Virus record (IMG/VR): IMGVR_UViG_3300025769_000069
Source of the DNA: a virus
Length of the DNA: 64,000 bases
Strand: one strand, 5' to 3'
Position 1 is the first letter of the stretch, and every line of letters begins with the position of its first letter. A model generated the notes under the pieces. The model had not been told where the DNA came from. It did no database searches and saw only the letters and a list, made by a program, of their open reading frames with translations. This document shows positions 39,682-49,169 of the stretch, in pieces. Both the position numbers and the translations under genes were made by a program.

Positions 39682-40998
39682 ATGGAAACTTACGACCGTC
39701 TCGTCGAAAAGTGGTCTCCAGTACTGAACGAATCTGCAGCTGGCGACATTAAAGATGCTCACCGTAAAGCTGTTACTGCAGTTGTACTAGAGAACACAGA
39801 AAAAGCTCTTCGTGAAGAGCGCTCACAAATGAACTTCTTGTCAGAAGCACCAGCAACATCTGTTGGTAACTCTTCTGTACAAAACTGGGATCCAGTTCTG
39901 ATTTCCCTTGTACGTCGTTCAATGCCAAACATGATGGCATACGATGTATGTGGTGTTCAGCCAATGACTGGCCCAACAGGCTTGATCTTCGCAATGAAGT
40001 CACGCTATGGCACAGGTACAACTGGTGCAACTGAAGCGTTGTTCAACGAAGCAGACACTACACAAGCTGGTGATTCTGCAGGTTCACAAAGTGCTGATCC
40101 ATCAGGTCTATCTGGCTTGACAGACTCAAACGGTGACTCTTCGATCGACAACGATCGCGGTTCAAACCCAACATTCGCAACTGGTATGACAACTGCTAAT
40201 GCAGAACTTTCAGGCGCGTTCCGTAACATGGGTTTCACCATTGAGAAACAAACTGTGACTGCAAAATCACGTGCGTTGAAAGCAGAATACAGCCTAGAAC
40301 TAGCACAAGACTTGAAAGCGATCCACGGTTTGGACGCAGAGACAGAATTGTCAAACATTCTGTCAACAGAGATCTTGGCTGAAATCAACCGTGAAGTAAT
40401 TCGTACAATTAACTCACAAGCGAAAACTGGTGCTGGTACAGCTAACACAGCAATCAACGGTATCTTCGATCTATCAACAGATGCTGATGGCCGCTGGTCA
40501 GTTGAAAAATTCAAAGGTCTATTGGTTCAACTAGACCGTGAAGCAAACCAAATTGCAAAAGATACACGTCGTGGTAAAGGTAACTTTGTTATCTGTTCTT
40601 CTGATGTTGCTTCTGCATTGGCAGCTTCTGGTGCTCTAGACTACGCACCTGCGCTTTCAACTAACTTGAACGTTGATGACACAGGCAACACATTTGCTGG
40701 TGTTCTTAATGGCCGCATCAAAGTATACATCGACCCATATGCAACAGCAGATTATATCACTGTTGGATATAAAGGTTCTAACCCATACGATGCTGGTGTC
40801 TTCTACTGCCCATACGTACCACTAACAATGGTTCGTGCAGTTGGTGAGAACGACTTCCAACCAAAAATCGGATTCAAAACTCGTTACGGCATGGCTGCAA
40901 ACCCATTCGTACCTGGTGCGATTTCGAACAATGGTCTTGGAAATGCTCGCGCAAACCAATACTACCGCATCTTCCGTGTGGACAACATCCTACAATAA
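39682..40998 (+). CDS. gp23: Major capsid protein gp23
   Basis: CGVQPMTGPTGLIFAM, AKSRALKAEYSLELAQDLKAIHGLDAE, FQPKIGFKTRYG. Confidence 0.98.
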   Translation: METYDRLVEKWSPVLNESAAGDIKDAHRKAVTAVVLENTEKALREERSQMNFLSEAPATSVGNSSVQNWDPVLISLVRRSMPNMMAYDVCGVQPMTGPTGLIFAMKSRYGTGTTGATEALFNEADTTQAGDSAGSQSADPSGLSGLTDSNGDSSIDNDRGSNPTFATGMTTANAELSGAFRNMGFTIEKQTVTAKSRALKAEYSLELAQDLKAIHGLDAETELSNILSTEILAEINREVIRTINSQAKTGAGTANTAINGIFDLSTDADGRWSVEKFKGLLVQLDREANQIAKDTRRGKGNFVICSSDVASALAASGALDYAPALSTNLNVDDTGNTFAGVLNGRIKVYIDPYATADYITVGYKGSNPYDAGVFYCPYVPLTMVRAVGENDFQPKIGFKTRYGMAANPFVPGAISNNGLGNARANQYYRIFRVDNILQ

Positions 40999-41005
40999 GA
41001 GATAT

Positions 41006-41031
41006 AAAAAAGGAGGGGAATCAACCCCTCC
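41006..41031 (-). terminator. Terminator for the minus-strand dioxygenase gene
   Basis: A6 then GGAGGGG-AATCAA-CCCCTCC (U-tract on minus strand). Confidence 0.65.
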
Positions 41032-41053
41032 AATCTATCTTCTTGTTACAACT

Positions 41054-41078
41054 AGGGGCTTTTCAAGCCCCTTTTTTT
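41054..41078 (+). terminator. Terminator after gp23
   Basis: AGGGGCTT-TTC-AAGCCCCT followed by T-run. Confidence 0.85.
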
Positions 41079-41739
41079 ATAAATTTGATGGGCGCTTTGG
41101 TTTTGACAGTGCTTCTTTATTAACGCCTTTAGACGTTTCAATCATTAGTTCTGGCACGTGAGGACGATATCCATATTCATGCGCTGGTTGACAAATCATG
41201 CCATCATCAGTGCATAAACTAAGCCATCCTGTAATAATATATTTTATGGTTGTTTCAGATACTACACCAACGTGAGGATGAGTATACTCGCACGGCCATA
41301 ATACTGTTTTACCTCTTTTTGCTTCTGTAACTAAATCTTGAAAAGGAAAACTTGTTCCACCATCAGGTACGTCATTCAAATAAGTCATAACAGTTACACA
41401 TCTAGATGAATACAATCCATTTCTTTCATAATGAATTTGTTTAAAACCCTGACCCGGCTCATATTTTTGTAAATTTAAAGCTTCTAATACAACTGAATTT
41501 AAATGAAATTCTTGAGCATACTCATAAGTCATGTTTCCTATTTCTTCGATGTATTTTTTATAAACTTTAGTAAAGAGATGACCATTGAAAGGTGCGTCCA
41601 AACTGTCTTTTACTTCAGGTCTAATTTCTTCTCCAGATTCACCTGGTGTTTTCCAGCACACATCACTTTCAAATATTTTTATAGCGTCATCGCATATGGT
41701 TGGATCTTTTAACTGATATTCTCTAATGCAATTTTCCAT
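41077..41739 (-). CDS. 2OG-Fe(II) dioxygenase (prolyl 4-hydroxylase-like)
   Basis: LQKYEPGQG, HYE, MTYLNDVPDGGTSF, HPHVG, KYIITGW; SD GAGGT on minus strand. Confidence 0.85.
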   Translation of the reverse strand: MENCIREYQLKDPTICDDAIKIFESDVCWKTPGESGEEIRPEVKDSLDAPFNGHLFTKVYKKYIEEIGNMTYEYAQEFHLNSVVLEALNLQKYEPGQGFKQIHYERNGLYSSRCVTVMTYLNDVPDGGTSFPFQDLVTEAKRGKTVLWPCEYTHPHVGVVSETTIKYIITGWLSLCTDDGMICQPAHEYGYRPHVPELMIETSKGVNKEALSKPKRPSNL

Positions 41740-41750
41740 ATTTTACCTCA

Positions 41751-41758
41751 TATAAATA
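41751..41758 (+). promoter_or_regulatory. T4-type late promoter
   Basis: TATAAATA upstream of gp3. Confidence 0.8.
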
Positions 41759-41783
41759 TAACTAAATCCTTTGGAGATTATTT

Positions 41784-42329
41784 ATGCCAGAATTAAATCC
41801 TGATATAAGCATTGCTGTTAGCTCTACAGTTTCTACGAGCAATCTAAATAATTTAAACTTGCTACAGCCTAATGCTTTTAAGTTAATAATTGATAGAAAG
41901 AACTTTAAAAATTTAGAGTTCTTTGCTCAAACTGTTCTTCATCCAGATGTTCAAACAACTCCAGCTGATGTTCCATTTAGAAGAGTAACATCTTTACCTA
42001 TGGCTGCTGACAAATACACATTCGGTGAAATGACAGCTATGATTATCTTAGACGAAAATCTAAACTCGTATACTGAAATGTATAATTGGGTAACTAGAAT
42101 TGTTGAAACAAATAATATCCCTCCATCTAAGAGAGATGAAAACGTTCCTCCAACTTATTCTGATATAACTTTACATATCCTATCTAGCCATAATAATACA
42201 GTCAGAAAAATTAAATATATAGATTGTATACCAACTGGATTAGGTAATATACAATTAGAAGCTACTAGTGGTGAAAACGTAATTACATATCCAGCAACAT
42301 TTAGATTTTCTTATTTTGAACTTGAATAA
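41784..42329 (+). CDS. gp3: Tail tube terminator/tail completion gp3
   Basis: NLLQPNAFKL, ILDENLNSYTEMYNW, SDITLHILSSHN, ATFRFSYF. Confidence 0.85.
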   Translation: MPELNPDISIAVSSTVSTSNLNNLNLLQPNAFKLIIDRKNFKNLEFFAQTVLHPDVQTTPADVPFRRVTSLPMAADKYTFGEMTAMIILDENLNSYTEMYNWVTRIVETNNIPPSKRDENVPPTYSDITLHILSSHNNTVRKIKYIDCIPTGLGNIQLEATSGENVITYPATFRFSYFELE

Positions 42330-42346
42330 TTTAAGGATTTTATATT

Positions 42347-42790
42347 ATGAATTTAGAAGATATACTAGACCAATGGTCTAAAGAATGTGTTATTGATAAA
42401 ATAAGCTTAGATGAAACATCTAGAAATACACCTAAGCTTCATGCAAAATATTTGCAATTATTAAGTCATGCGAAACTTTTGTTAAAGAGAGCAGAAGCTT
42501 CTCAAAAAATATTACTCAAAGATAAATGGTTGTACTACAATGGAAAACTCGATAAAGAAACTATTGAATCAAAAGGTTGGAAACATGATCCATTTGATGG
42601 TCTCAAAATTCTCAAAGGTGAAATGGACTATTACTACGATGCTGACCCAGACATTCAAAAATCTGAAGAAAAAATTCAGTACTACAAAACAATAATTGAA
42701 ACGTTAACGGAAATCGTAGATTCTTTAAAATGGCGCCACCAAACCATTGGCAATATTATAAGATGGAAACAATTTGAAGCAGGTGGATAA
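42347..42790 (+). CDS. uvsY: Recombination mediator UvsY
   Basis: PKLHAKYL, KWLYYNGK, IGNIIRWKQFEAG. Confidence 0.9.
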   Translation: MNLEDILDQWSKECVIDKISLDETSRNTPKLHAKYLQLLSHAKLLLKRAEASQKILLKDKWLYYNGKLDKETIESKGWKHDPFDGLKILKGEMDYYYDADPDIQKSEEKIQYYKTIIETLTEIVDSLKWRHQTIGNIIRWKQFEAGG

Positions 42791-44284
42791 GTGGAACAAA
42801 TATCCGTACAACTTAATAATTATAGCATGATGAATATAGATTGTAGCCGTGGGATTGCCCAAGAGCTATCAGAATATTTTTCTTTCTATGTTCCTGGTTA
42901 TAAATTCATGCCAGCCTATAAGAATAAAGTTTGGGACGGTAAAATTCGTTTATTTAATAGCATGACTGGTGAGCTTGGCGCAGGGCTATACTCTTATTTG
43001 TTAAAGTTTGCAGCTGAGCGGTCATATACTGTAGACACAGAAGAGTCTCATCAATATGGTTTTCCTGTTCCTCCTCAACAACCTCTTCAATATATGTCTG
43101 ATTTACTAGCTGACGCAAAGCTTCCATTTCAGCCTCGAGACTATCAATACGATGCGATTGAAACAGCCCTAACAAGAAGTCGAGCAATTCTATTATCTCC
43201 TACTGGATCTGGAAAATCATTTATTATTTATCTAATCATGAAATACTGGCTTCAGTATCTGACAGATGGATTCAATTATCCTAAAGCAGGAAGAGTATTA
43301 GTAATTGTTCCAACAACATCTCTAGTTGAACAAATGCACCAAGACTTTTTAGACTATGGTTTCAGTCAAGGTGGTATGCATAGAATATATTCTGGTAGAG
43401 ATAAGAATGCAGATAAAGCTGTTATAATTTCAACTTGGCAAAGTATATATAAATATCCTAAGAAATGGTTTGAACAATTTGGTATGGTAATTGGCGATGA
43501 GTGTCATGGATTTAAATCTAAGTCATTATCATCAATTATGAATAAAGCAACAGAAGCTAAATATCGTTTTGGTCTAACAGGCACTTTAGATGGCACTCAA
43601 ACACACAGACTAGTTCTGGAGGGATTGTTTGGTCCAGTCTATAAAGTTACAACGACCAAAAAGTTGCAAGATGATAATACTTTGGCTCCATTAGATATTA
43701 AAGTACTTTTGTTAAATTATTCCGAAGAAGTAAGGAAAAATTTTGGAAAGAAAACATATCAGGAAGAAATCGATTTTCTTATTGGAAATCCTGCTCGTAA
43801 TCGGCTCATTCGCAATCTCGCTTTGGATGCTGACGGAAATACTCTCGTCTTATTTAATCGTGTTGAAGCTCATGGCAAGCCTCTCTATGAAATGATAAAT
43901 AATAAGGCAGAGGAAGGAAGGAAGATTTTCTTTGTCTCTGGTGAAGTGGCAACAGCTGATAGAGAAGCTATTCGAAAAATTGTAGAAGGTCAAAAAAATG
44001 CAATTGTCGTGGCCTCCTTGGGAACTTTCAGTACTGGTATTAATATTCGCAATCTTCATAATATTATTTTCGCTTCACCATCTAAATCTCAAATCAAAGT
44101 CTTGCAGTCAATTGGCCGAGGACTTAGAAAATCAGACGATGGTAGGATTACGAAGCTCTATGACGTGGCAGACGACTTGCATTGGAAGTCGCAACAAAAC
44201 TATACATTATTACACTCCGCAGAACGTGTAAAAATTTATGATAAAGAACAATTTAAATATAAAATTGTAAAGGTTGATATATGA
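42791..44284 (+). CDS. uvsW: SF2 helicase UvsW
   Basis: WDGKIRLF, SPTGSGKS, GDECH, GLTGT, QSIGRGLR. Confidence 0.95.
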   Translation: MEQISVQLNNYSMMNIDCSRGIAQELSEYFSFYVPGYKFMPAYKNKVWDGKIRLFNSMTGELGAGLYSYLLKFAAERSYTVDTEESHQYGFPVPPQQPLQYMSDLLADAKLPFQPRDYQYDAIETALTRSRAILLSPTGSGKSFIIYLIMKYWLQYLTDGFNYPKAGRVLVIVPTTSLVEQMHQDFLDYGFSQGGMHRIYSGRDKNADKAVIISTWQSIYKYPKKWFEQFGMVIGDECHGFKSKSLSSIMNKATEAKYRFGLTGTLDGTQTHRLVLEGLFGPVYKVTTTKKLQDDNTLAPLDIKVLLLNYSEEVRKNFGKKTYQEEIDFLIGNPARNRLIRNLALDADGNTLVLFNRVEAHGKPLYEMINNKAEEGRKIFFVSGEVATADREAIRKIVEGQKNAIVVASLGTFSTGINIRNLHNIIFASPSKSQIKVLQSIGRGLRKSDDGRITKLYDVADDLHWKSQQNYTLLHSAERVKIYDKEQFKYKIVKVDI

Positions 44285-44706
44285 ATGATAGTAGAGTAAG
44301 ACAATTTAAACTAACATCAGGCGATGAAATTATTTGTGAAGTCTTAGAATGGGATGACACAGAAAACTCTGAAATTATAGTGCGCCATTTATTTGAAATA
44401 CGTAAAGTAGATATGATGGCTTCTTCTACACGATTATATACAATTCAACCATATGTTTCTTTTCAAGTTGGCGACACAGTAGTATCAAGTATTAATTCTG
44501 ATCATATCTCAGTAGTTTCTCAACCAACGAAAACTTTAATAGATCAGTATAAATCATCAATAAAAAATTATGTTTTAGAAGAAAGTGATTCGGCTGATTT
44601 AGAAGAAAAATTTGAAAATATTAAAAAATTCTTAGATCAATTAGAAGAAGATTACGATTCGGATGTAAGTAATATTATTCATTTTCCACGTGGAACTGTA
44701 CACTAG
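44281..44706 (+). CDS. Conserved hypothetical (Sm-like fold) protein
   Basis: QFKLTSGDEIICEV start and NIIHFP...VH end, typical of the ORF between uvsW and gp55. Confidence 0.65.
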   Translation: MNDSRVRQFKLTSGDEIICEVLEWDDTENSEIIVRHLFEIRKVDMMASSTRLYTIQPYVSFQVGDTVVSSINSDHISVVSQPTKTLIDQYKSSIKNYVLEESDSADLEEKFENIKKFLDQLEEDYDSDVSNIIHFPRGTVH

Positions 44707-44739
44707 TATATCCACTCCCACCAAAAATCTCTTAGATTT

Positions 44740-44768
44740 ATTATACACTAATTTTCTAGAATGTAAAC
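44740..44768 (-). promoter_or_regulatory. Early-type promoter facing antisense to the uvsW operon
   Basis: Minus strand GTTTACATTCTAGAAAATTAGTGTATAAT, close copy of the 19686 promoter. Confidence 0.65.
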
Positions 44769-44801
44769 ATGAAAAATGAGCAGATAGTAAAAAAAAATTA
44801 G

Positions 44802-44830
44802 TGTACAATAACAGCAAAACATGATAGAAT
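44802..44830 (+). promoter_or_regulatory. Sigma70-type promoter for gp55
   Basis: TGTACA-17-TAGAAT with extended -10 TG and upstream A-tract. Confidence 0.65.
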
Positions 44831-44854
44831 AATAAAGAATTGAAGGATTATATT

Positions 44855-45445
44855 ATGTCTAAAAATAAAAATGTGCATTATGTTAATAATAAAGAATTTT
44901 CTCAATCAGTGGTTGAATACTGTAAAAAAGTTCGTGAAGCGAAAGAGACAGATGATCCTTTACCAGTAGTTCCAAATTATATTGCAGAATGTTTTCTTAA
45001 AATTGCTGAAGGCCTATCACATAAGTCAAACTTTATTCGATATACTTATCGTGAAGAGATGGTAATGGATGCAGTTGAAAATTGTTTAAAAGCAATTGAA
45101 AACTATAATATTGATGCAGCAACAAGATCAGGAAATCCAAATGCGTTTGCTTATTTCACTCAAATCTCGTGGTATGCTTTTCTACGCCGTATTGCCAAAG
45201 AAAAGAAACAGCAAGACATCAAGCTCAAATACTTATCTGAAAGTGGTATCGAACAGTACATAATGACTTCTGAAAATGATGCTGCTGCTAATAACGTTAT
45301 CAATAGTTTTATTGACACATTAAAAGATCGTATTGATAAGGTAAAAGAAAAAGATACAGAATTTAAAATGTATCTTAAAGACGAAAAATTACGTAAAAAA
45401 CGTATTGTGAAAGTAGATTCTGATTTACAAGATTTTATGGAATGA
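44855..45445 (+). CDS. gp55: Late sigma factor gp55
   Basis: HYVNNKEF, IAEGLSHKSNF..YTYREEM, NAFAYFTQI..AFLRRI.KEKKQ. Confidence 0.95.
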   Translation: MSKNKNVHYVNNKEFSQSVVEYCKKVREAKETDDPLPVVPNYIAECFLKIAEGLSHKSNFIRYTYREEMVMDAVENCLKAIENYNIDAATRSGNPNAFAYFTQISWYAFLRRIAKEKKQQDIKLKYLSESGIEQYIMTSENDAAANNVINSFIDTLKDRIDKVKEKDTEFKMYLKDEKLRKKRIVKVDSDLQDFME

Positions 45446-45451
45446 TATTTA

Positions 45452-46513
45452 ATGAAGTTGGCAATTTTAAATGATACACATTGTGGCATCCGCAATAGCT
45501 CTGACATATTTCTCGATAATGCAGAGAAATTTTATGATGATATATTTTTTCCTTATCTTTTGGAAAATAATATTCGCCATATCATTCACCTTGGTGATTA
45601 CTACGATAATAGAAAGTTCATTAATTTCAGGGCTCTTAATCGGAATAGGAGTCACTTTCTTAAACAACTTCGAGATCGCGGGATCACGATGGACATTATC
45701 TGCGGTAATCATGACACTTATTATAAAAACACTAATAATTTAAATAGTCTCAAAGAACTACTTGGCCATTATATGAATGAAGTTAGTATTATTCATGAGC
45801 CAAGAGTTATGGAATATGGATCTCTTAAAATGGGTTTAGTACCCTGGATCTGTAATGATAACGAAAAAGACACGATTAATTTTCTAAAAAATTGTAAAGC
45901 TGATGTTATTGGCGGTCACTTTGAGCTCACCGGCTTTGAAGTTATGAAGGGTTTAGAACATCATGGTGGTATGGATCCAAAGATCCTTGAGAGATTTGAA
46001 CTTGTTTTAAGTGGACACTTTCATACAAAATCTAATAAAGGTAATATTCACTACCTTGGATCTCAAATGGAATTTTATTGGAATGATGCACATGATAAAA
46101 AATATTTTCACGTATTGGATACAGAAACACGTGAACTCACACCTATTCATAATCCCCATACTCTTTTCCATCGTATCTATTATGATGATACCAAATATGA
46201 TTTTAATGATTATGACTTATCCAACTTAGATAATAAATTTGTAAAAATAGTTGTAATTAATAAAAAAGACCTGTTTACATTTGATCGCTTTGTTGATAGA
46301 ATACAAAATAAGAAGATTCATGAGTTAAAGATTCAAGAAAATTTCTCAGAATTTATTGGTTCAAGTGTTGATGATGATAATATTTCACTAGAAGATACAA
46401 CTACTCTATTAAATTCTTATATTGATAATGTAGAAACTGAATTAGATAAAGATCGTATTAAAAAAGAAATGTATGATTTGATGATTGAGGCGCAAACGCT
46501 CGAAATAGCATGA
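45452..46513 (+). CDS. gp47: Recombination nuclease gp47 (Mre11/SbcD-like)
   Basis: DTHCG, HLGD, GNHD, SGHFH. Confidence 0.95.
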   Translation: MKLAILNDTHCGIRNSSDIFLDNAEKFYDDIFFPYLLENNIRHIIHLGDYYDNRKFINFRALNRNRSHFLKQLRDRGITMDIICGNHDTYYKNTNNLNSLKELLGHYMNEVSIIHEPRVMEYGSLKMGLVPWICNDNEKDTINFLKNCKADVIGGHFELTGFEVMKGLEHHGGMDPKILERFELVLSGHFHTKSNKGNIHYLGSQMEFYWNDAHDKKYFHVLDTETRELTPIHNPHTLFHRIYYDDTKYDFNDYDLSNLDNKFVKIVVINKKDLFTFDRFVDRIQNKKIHELKIQENFSEFIGSSVDDDNISLEDTTTLLNSYIDNVETELDKDRIKKEMYDLMIEAQTLEIA

Positions 46514-48231
46514 TTTTATTTAAAAGTTTAAAATGGAAAAATTTCCTTTCAACTGGAAATTCGTGGACTAGCATTGACTTTAATACACATAAAACTACTC
46601 TTGTTGTTGGACACAATGGAGCTGGTAAGTCTACAGTATTAGATGCATTAGCATTCGCTTTATTTGGAAAAGCACACCGTAATATTAGTAAGCCACAATT
46701 AGTGAATACTATTAATAATAAGAATTGCTTGGTTGAAGTTGAATTCAACGTATCAGGTTCAGAACTTAAAATAGTTCGTGGTATTAAACCAAACATATTT
46801 GAAATTTGGAAAGATGGGACAATGATGAATCAGTCCTCTCATTCCAAAGAGTACCAAAAGATCCTCGAACAAAATATCTTGAAGCTTAATCATAAAAGCT
46901 TTCATCAAATTGTTGTGTTGGGATCCTCCTCCTTCATTCCTTTCATGCAGCTTCCAGCGCAGCATAGAAGAGATGTTATCGAGGATCTTTTGGACATTAA
47001 TGTATTTTCTAAAATGAATCAGCTCTTAAAAGAAAAGAATGGCCTTTTAAAAGATCAATTAAAAGATGTAGACTATTCCCTTGAACTATCAAAGGAAAAG
47101 ATTGACTTACAGTCTAAGTACATTAAAGAAGTAGAGGCACTTAGCAATGATCAGATTGAAGAAAAAGAAAACCAAATTTTCCTCGCAGAAGATTCCATCA
47201 ACCTCCTCCACCATGAAAATAGTGTCATTTCCGAAGAAATCGAAAAGCTCTCCGAGGGCCTTGAAGAAAGTCTCAAGAAAAGTCATAATAAAAAACAAGC
47301 TCTCTTACAGTACAAAGCGGAGTTCAATCAAAAAATCTCAACACTTGTCAAGGATTCAAAATTCTACGAGGAAAATGATACTTGCCCCACATGTTCCCAA
47401 GATATTAGTGGAGACCTTCGATCGGAGAAACTCTCCACCGCCAAATCCAAAGCATCGGAGATACAAAAAGCTTTGGACGATGTCTCTCAGCAGTCGGCTA
47501 TTGTGGAATCAGATATTGAACGGCTCAACGCCTGCTCTAATGAGATCAGAGAAAAAACCTCACTTATATCGAGCCATAATCGTGAAATCGTACGGTTGCA
47601 AGGACAGATTACAAGTCTTTCCGCTGCCATATCAAACATACGCGGCAATGATGGTGACGTAGCAAAATCTAAATTAGATTTAGAAAATTTAAAGAATCAA
47701 AAAGCTGACTTGTTTGAAAATAAATTGTACATTTCTGAATCTTTAAATTATAATACTGTAATATTAGAGATGTTAAAAGATACTGGAATTAAAACAAAAA
47801 TTGTAAAAGAATATTTACCTGTTATAAATAAACTCGTAAATCAATATTTACAAATATTAGATTTCTACGTTTCATTTCATCTAGATGAAGCATTCTCCGA
47901 AACAATTCGTTCAAGACATAGAGATAATTTCTCTTATGATTCTTTTTCTGAAGGTGAAAAGCAACGTATTGATCTGGCTCTTTTATTTACTTGGCGACAA
48001 ATAGCCAAGATGAAGAATTCAGTATCTACTAATCTATTAGTACTTGATGAAACTTTTGATTCATCACTTGATTATGAAGGAGTAGATAATCTTATGAAGA
48101 TTATTCATACTCTGGATGATGATACTAATGTCTTTGTTATTAGTCACAAAGGCGATATTCTTGAAGGTAAATTTCAAAACAAATTGGAATTCTTTAAAGA
48201 AAAAAACTTTAGCAAACTAAAAGGAAATTAA
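46510..48231 (+). CDS. gp46: Recombination ATPase gp46 (Rad50/SbcC-like)
   Basis: GHNGAGKST, CPTC zinc hook, FSEGEK, LDE. Confidence 0.96.
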   Translation: MILFKSLKWKNFLSTGNSWTSIDFNTHKTTLVVGHNGAGKSTVLDALAFALFGKAHRNISKPQLVNTINNKNCLVEVEFNVSGSELKIVRGIKPNIFEIWKDGTMMNQSSHSKEYQKILEQNILKLNHKSFHQIVVLGSSSFIPFMQLPAQHRRDVIEDLLDINVFSKMNQLLKEKNGLLKDQLKDVDYSLELSKEKIDLQSKYIKEVEALSNDQIEEKENQIFLAEDSINLLHHENSVISEEIEKLSEGLEESLKKSHNKKQALLQYKAEFNQKISTLVKDSKFYEENDTCPTCSQDISGDLRSEKLSTAKSKASEIQKALDDVSQQSAIVESDIERLNACSNEIREKTSLISSHNREIVRLQGQITSLSAAISNIRGNDGDVAKSKLDLENLKNQKADLFENKLYISESLNYNTVILEMLKDTGIKTKIVKEYLPVINKLVNQYLQILDFYVSFHLDEAFSETIRSRHRDNFSYDSFSEGEKQRIDLALLFTWRQIAKMKNSVSTNLLVLDETFDSSLDYEGVDNLMKIIHTLDDDTNVFVISHKGDILEGKFQNKLEFFKEKNFSKLKGN

Positions 48232-48232
48232 T

Positions 48233-48907
48233 ATGGAATTATCCAATTTTACTATGACTCTCTTGAAAAACTATTCTGGGATTAATCCTAATTTGGTTAT
48301 TCGTGAAGGTAATTCTATTATGACTGTATCAGAAGCAAAGAATGTTTTGGCTCAAGCTACTATTCCTGAAACATTTAATAAGCAAGTGGGTATTTATGAT
48401 TTATCAGAATTCTTATCAGTTTTAAATCTTTTTGAAACATCTAACATTAAGTTAGAAGAAAAGTTTATGACTATTAGTGATACTTCTGGTAGATCAAAAA
48501 TTAAATATTTTATGTCTGATGCCGACATTCTAACTTCACCAACAAAACCAATTATCATGCCAGATCCGGAAGTTAGTTTTCACCTTGATCAAGATACTCT
48601 TGCGCGTATTAAAAAAGCAGCATCAGCTCTTGGGCATGACCAACTATCAATTATTCCAGGTGATGGTGTAATTACATTGTCTGTAGTTAACATTGATAAT
48701 GCAACATCTAATACGTACTCCATTGATGTTGCTGGCAAATCAACTGGAGACTACAATTTTATTCTTAATATTAAGAATCTGCAGATGATTCCTGGAAACT
48801 ATAATGTGGCCATTTCATCTAAACTTATTTCTCAATTTACGCTGGATCAAGAAAATACTGATCTTAAATATTGGGTTGCTCTAGAAAAAACATCGACATA
48901 CAAATAG
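48233..48907 (+). CDS. gp45: Sliding clamp gp45
   Basis: LKNYSGIN, IYDLSEFL, YWVALE. Confidence 0.92.
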   Translation: MELSNFTMTLLKNYSGINPNLVIREGNSIMTVSEAKNVLAQATIPETFNKQVGIYDLSEFLSVLNLFETSNIKLEEKFMTISDTSGRSKIKYFMSDADILTSPTKPIIMPDPEVSFHLDQDTLARIKKAASALGHDQLSIIPGDGVITLSVVNIDNATSNTYSIDVAGKSTGDYNFILNIKNLQMIPGNYNVAISSKLISQFTLDQENTDLKYWVALEKTSTYK

Positions 48908-48917
48908 GAGAAAACAT

Positions 48918-49112
48918 ATGTCTGACGATACTCAAATTTATCAACTTGCGGGTCGCACATCTCGTAGTACTGTAGCTGTAATCGATGCAATTGTTCAACG
49001 AGGAGGCTTCCGCGGTGAAGAACTTAGTTCTATTGGCCAACTACGTGATCAGTGCATTCAAATAATTCAACTATGCGAAAATCAAGCTCAAGAGGCGGCA
49101 CAAGAAGAATAG
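48918..49112 (+). CDS. Small hypothetical protein
   Basis: SD AGGAG; IDAIVQRGGFRGEEL..IG.LRD. Confidence 0.7.
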   Translation: MSDDTQIYQLAGRTSRSTVAVIDAIVQRGGFRGEELSSIGQLRDQCIQIIQLCENQAQEAAQEE

Positions 49113-49113
49113 T

Positions 49114-49142
49114 TTTACAATTATTATATTATTGATTATAAT
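49114..49142 (+). promoter_or_regulatory. Sigma70-type promoter for gp44
   Basis: TTTACA-17-TATAAT. Confidence 0.75.
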
Positions 49143-49169
49143 AGACATATTATATTATGGAGTACGTGA

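Noticed and set aside
40005-40514. 169-aa antisense ORF within gp23, and similar ones in gp18, gp22 and gp41
   Set aside because: Typical antisense shadows of strongly biased codon usage; no SD or recognisable motifs
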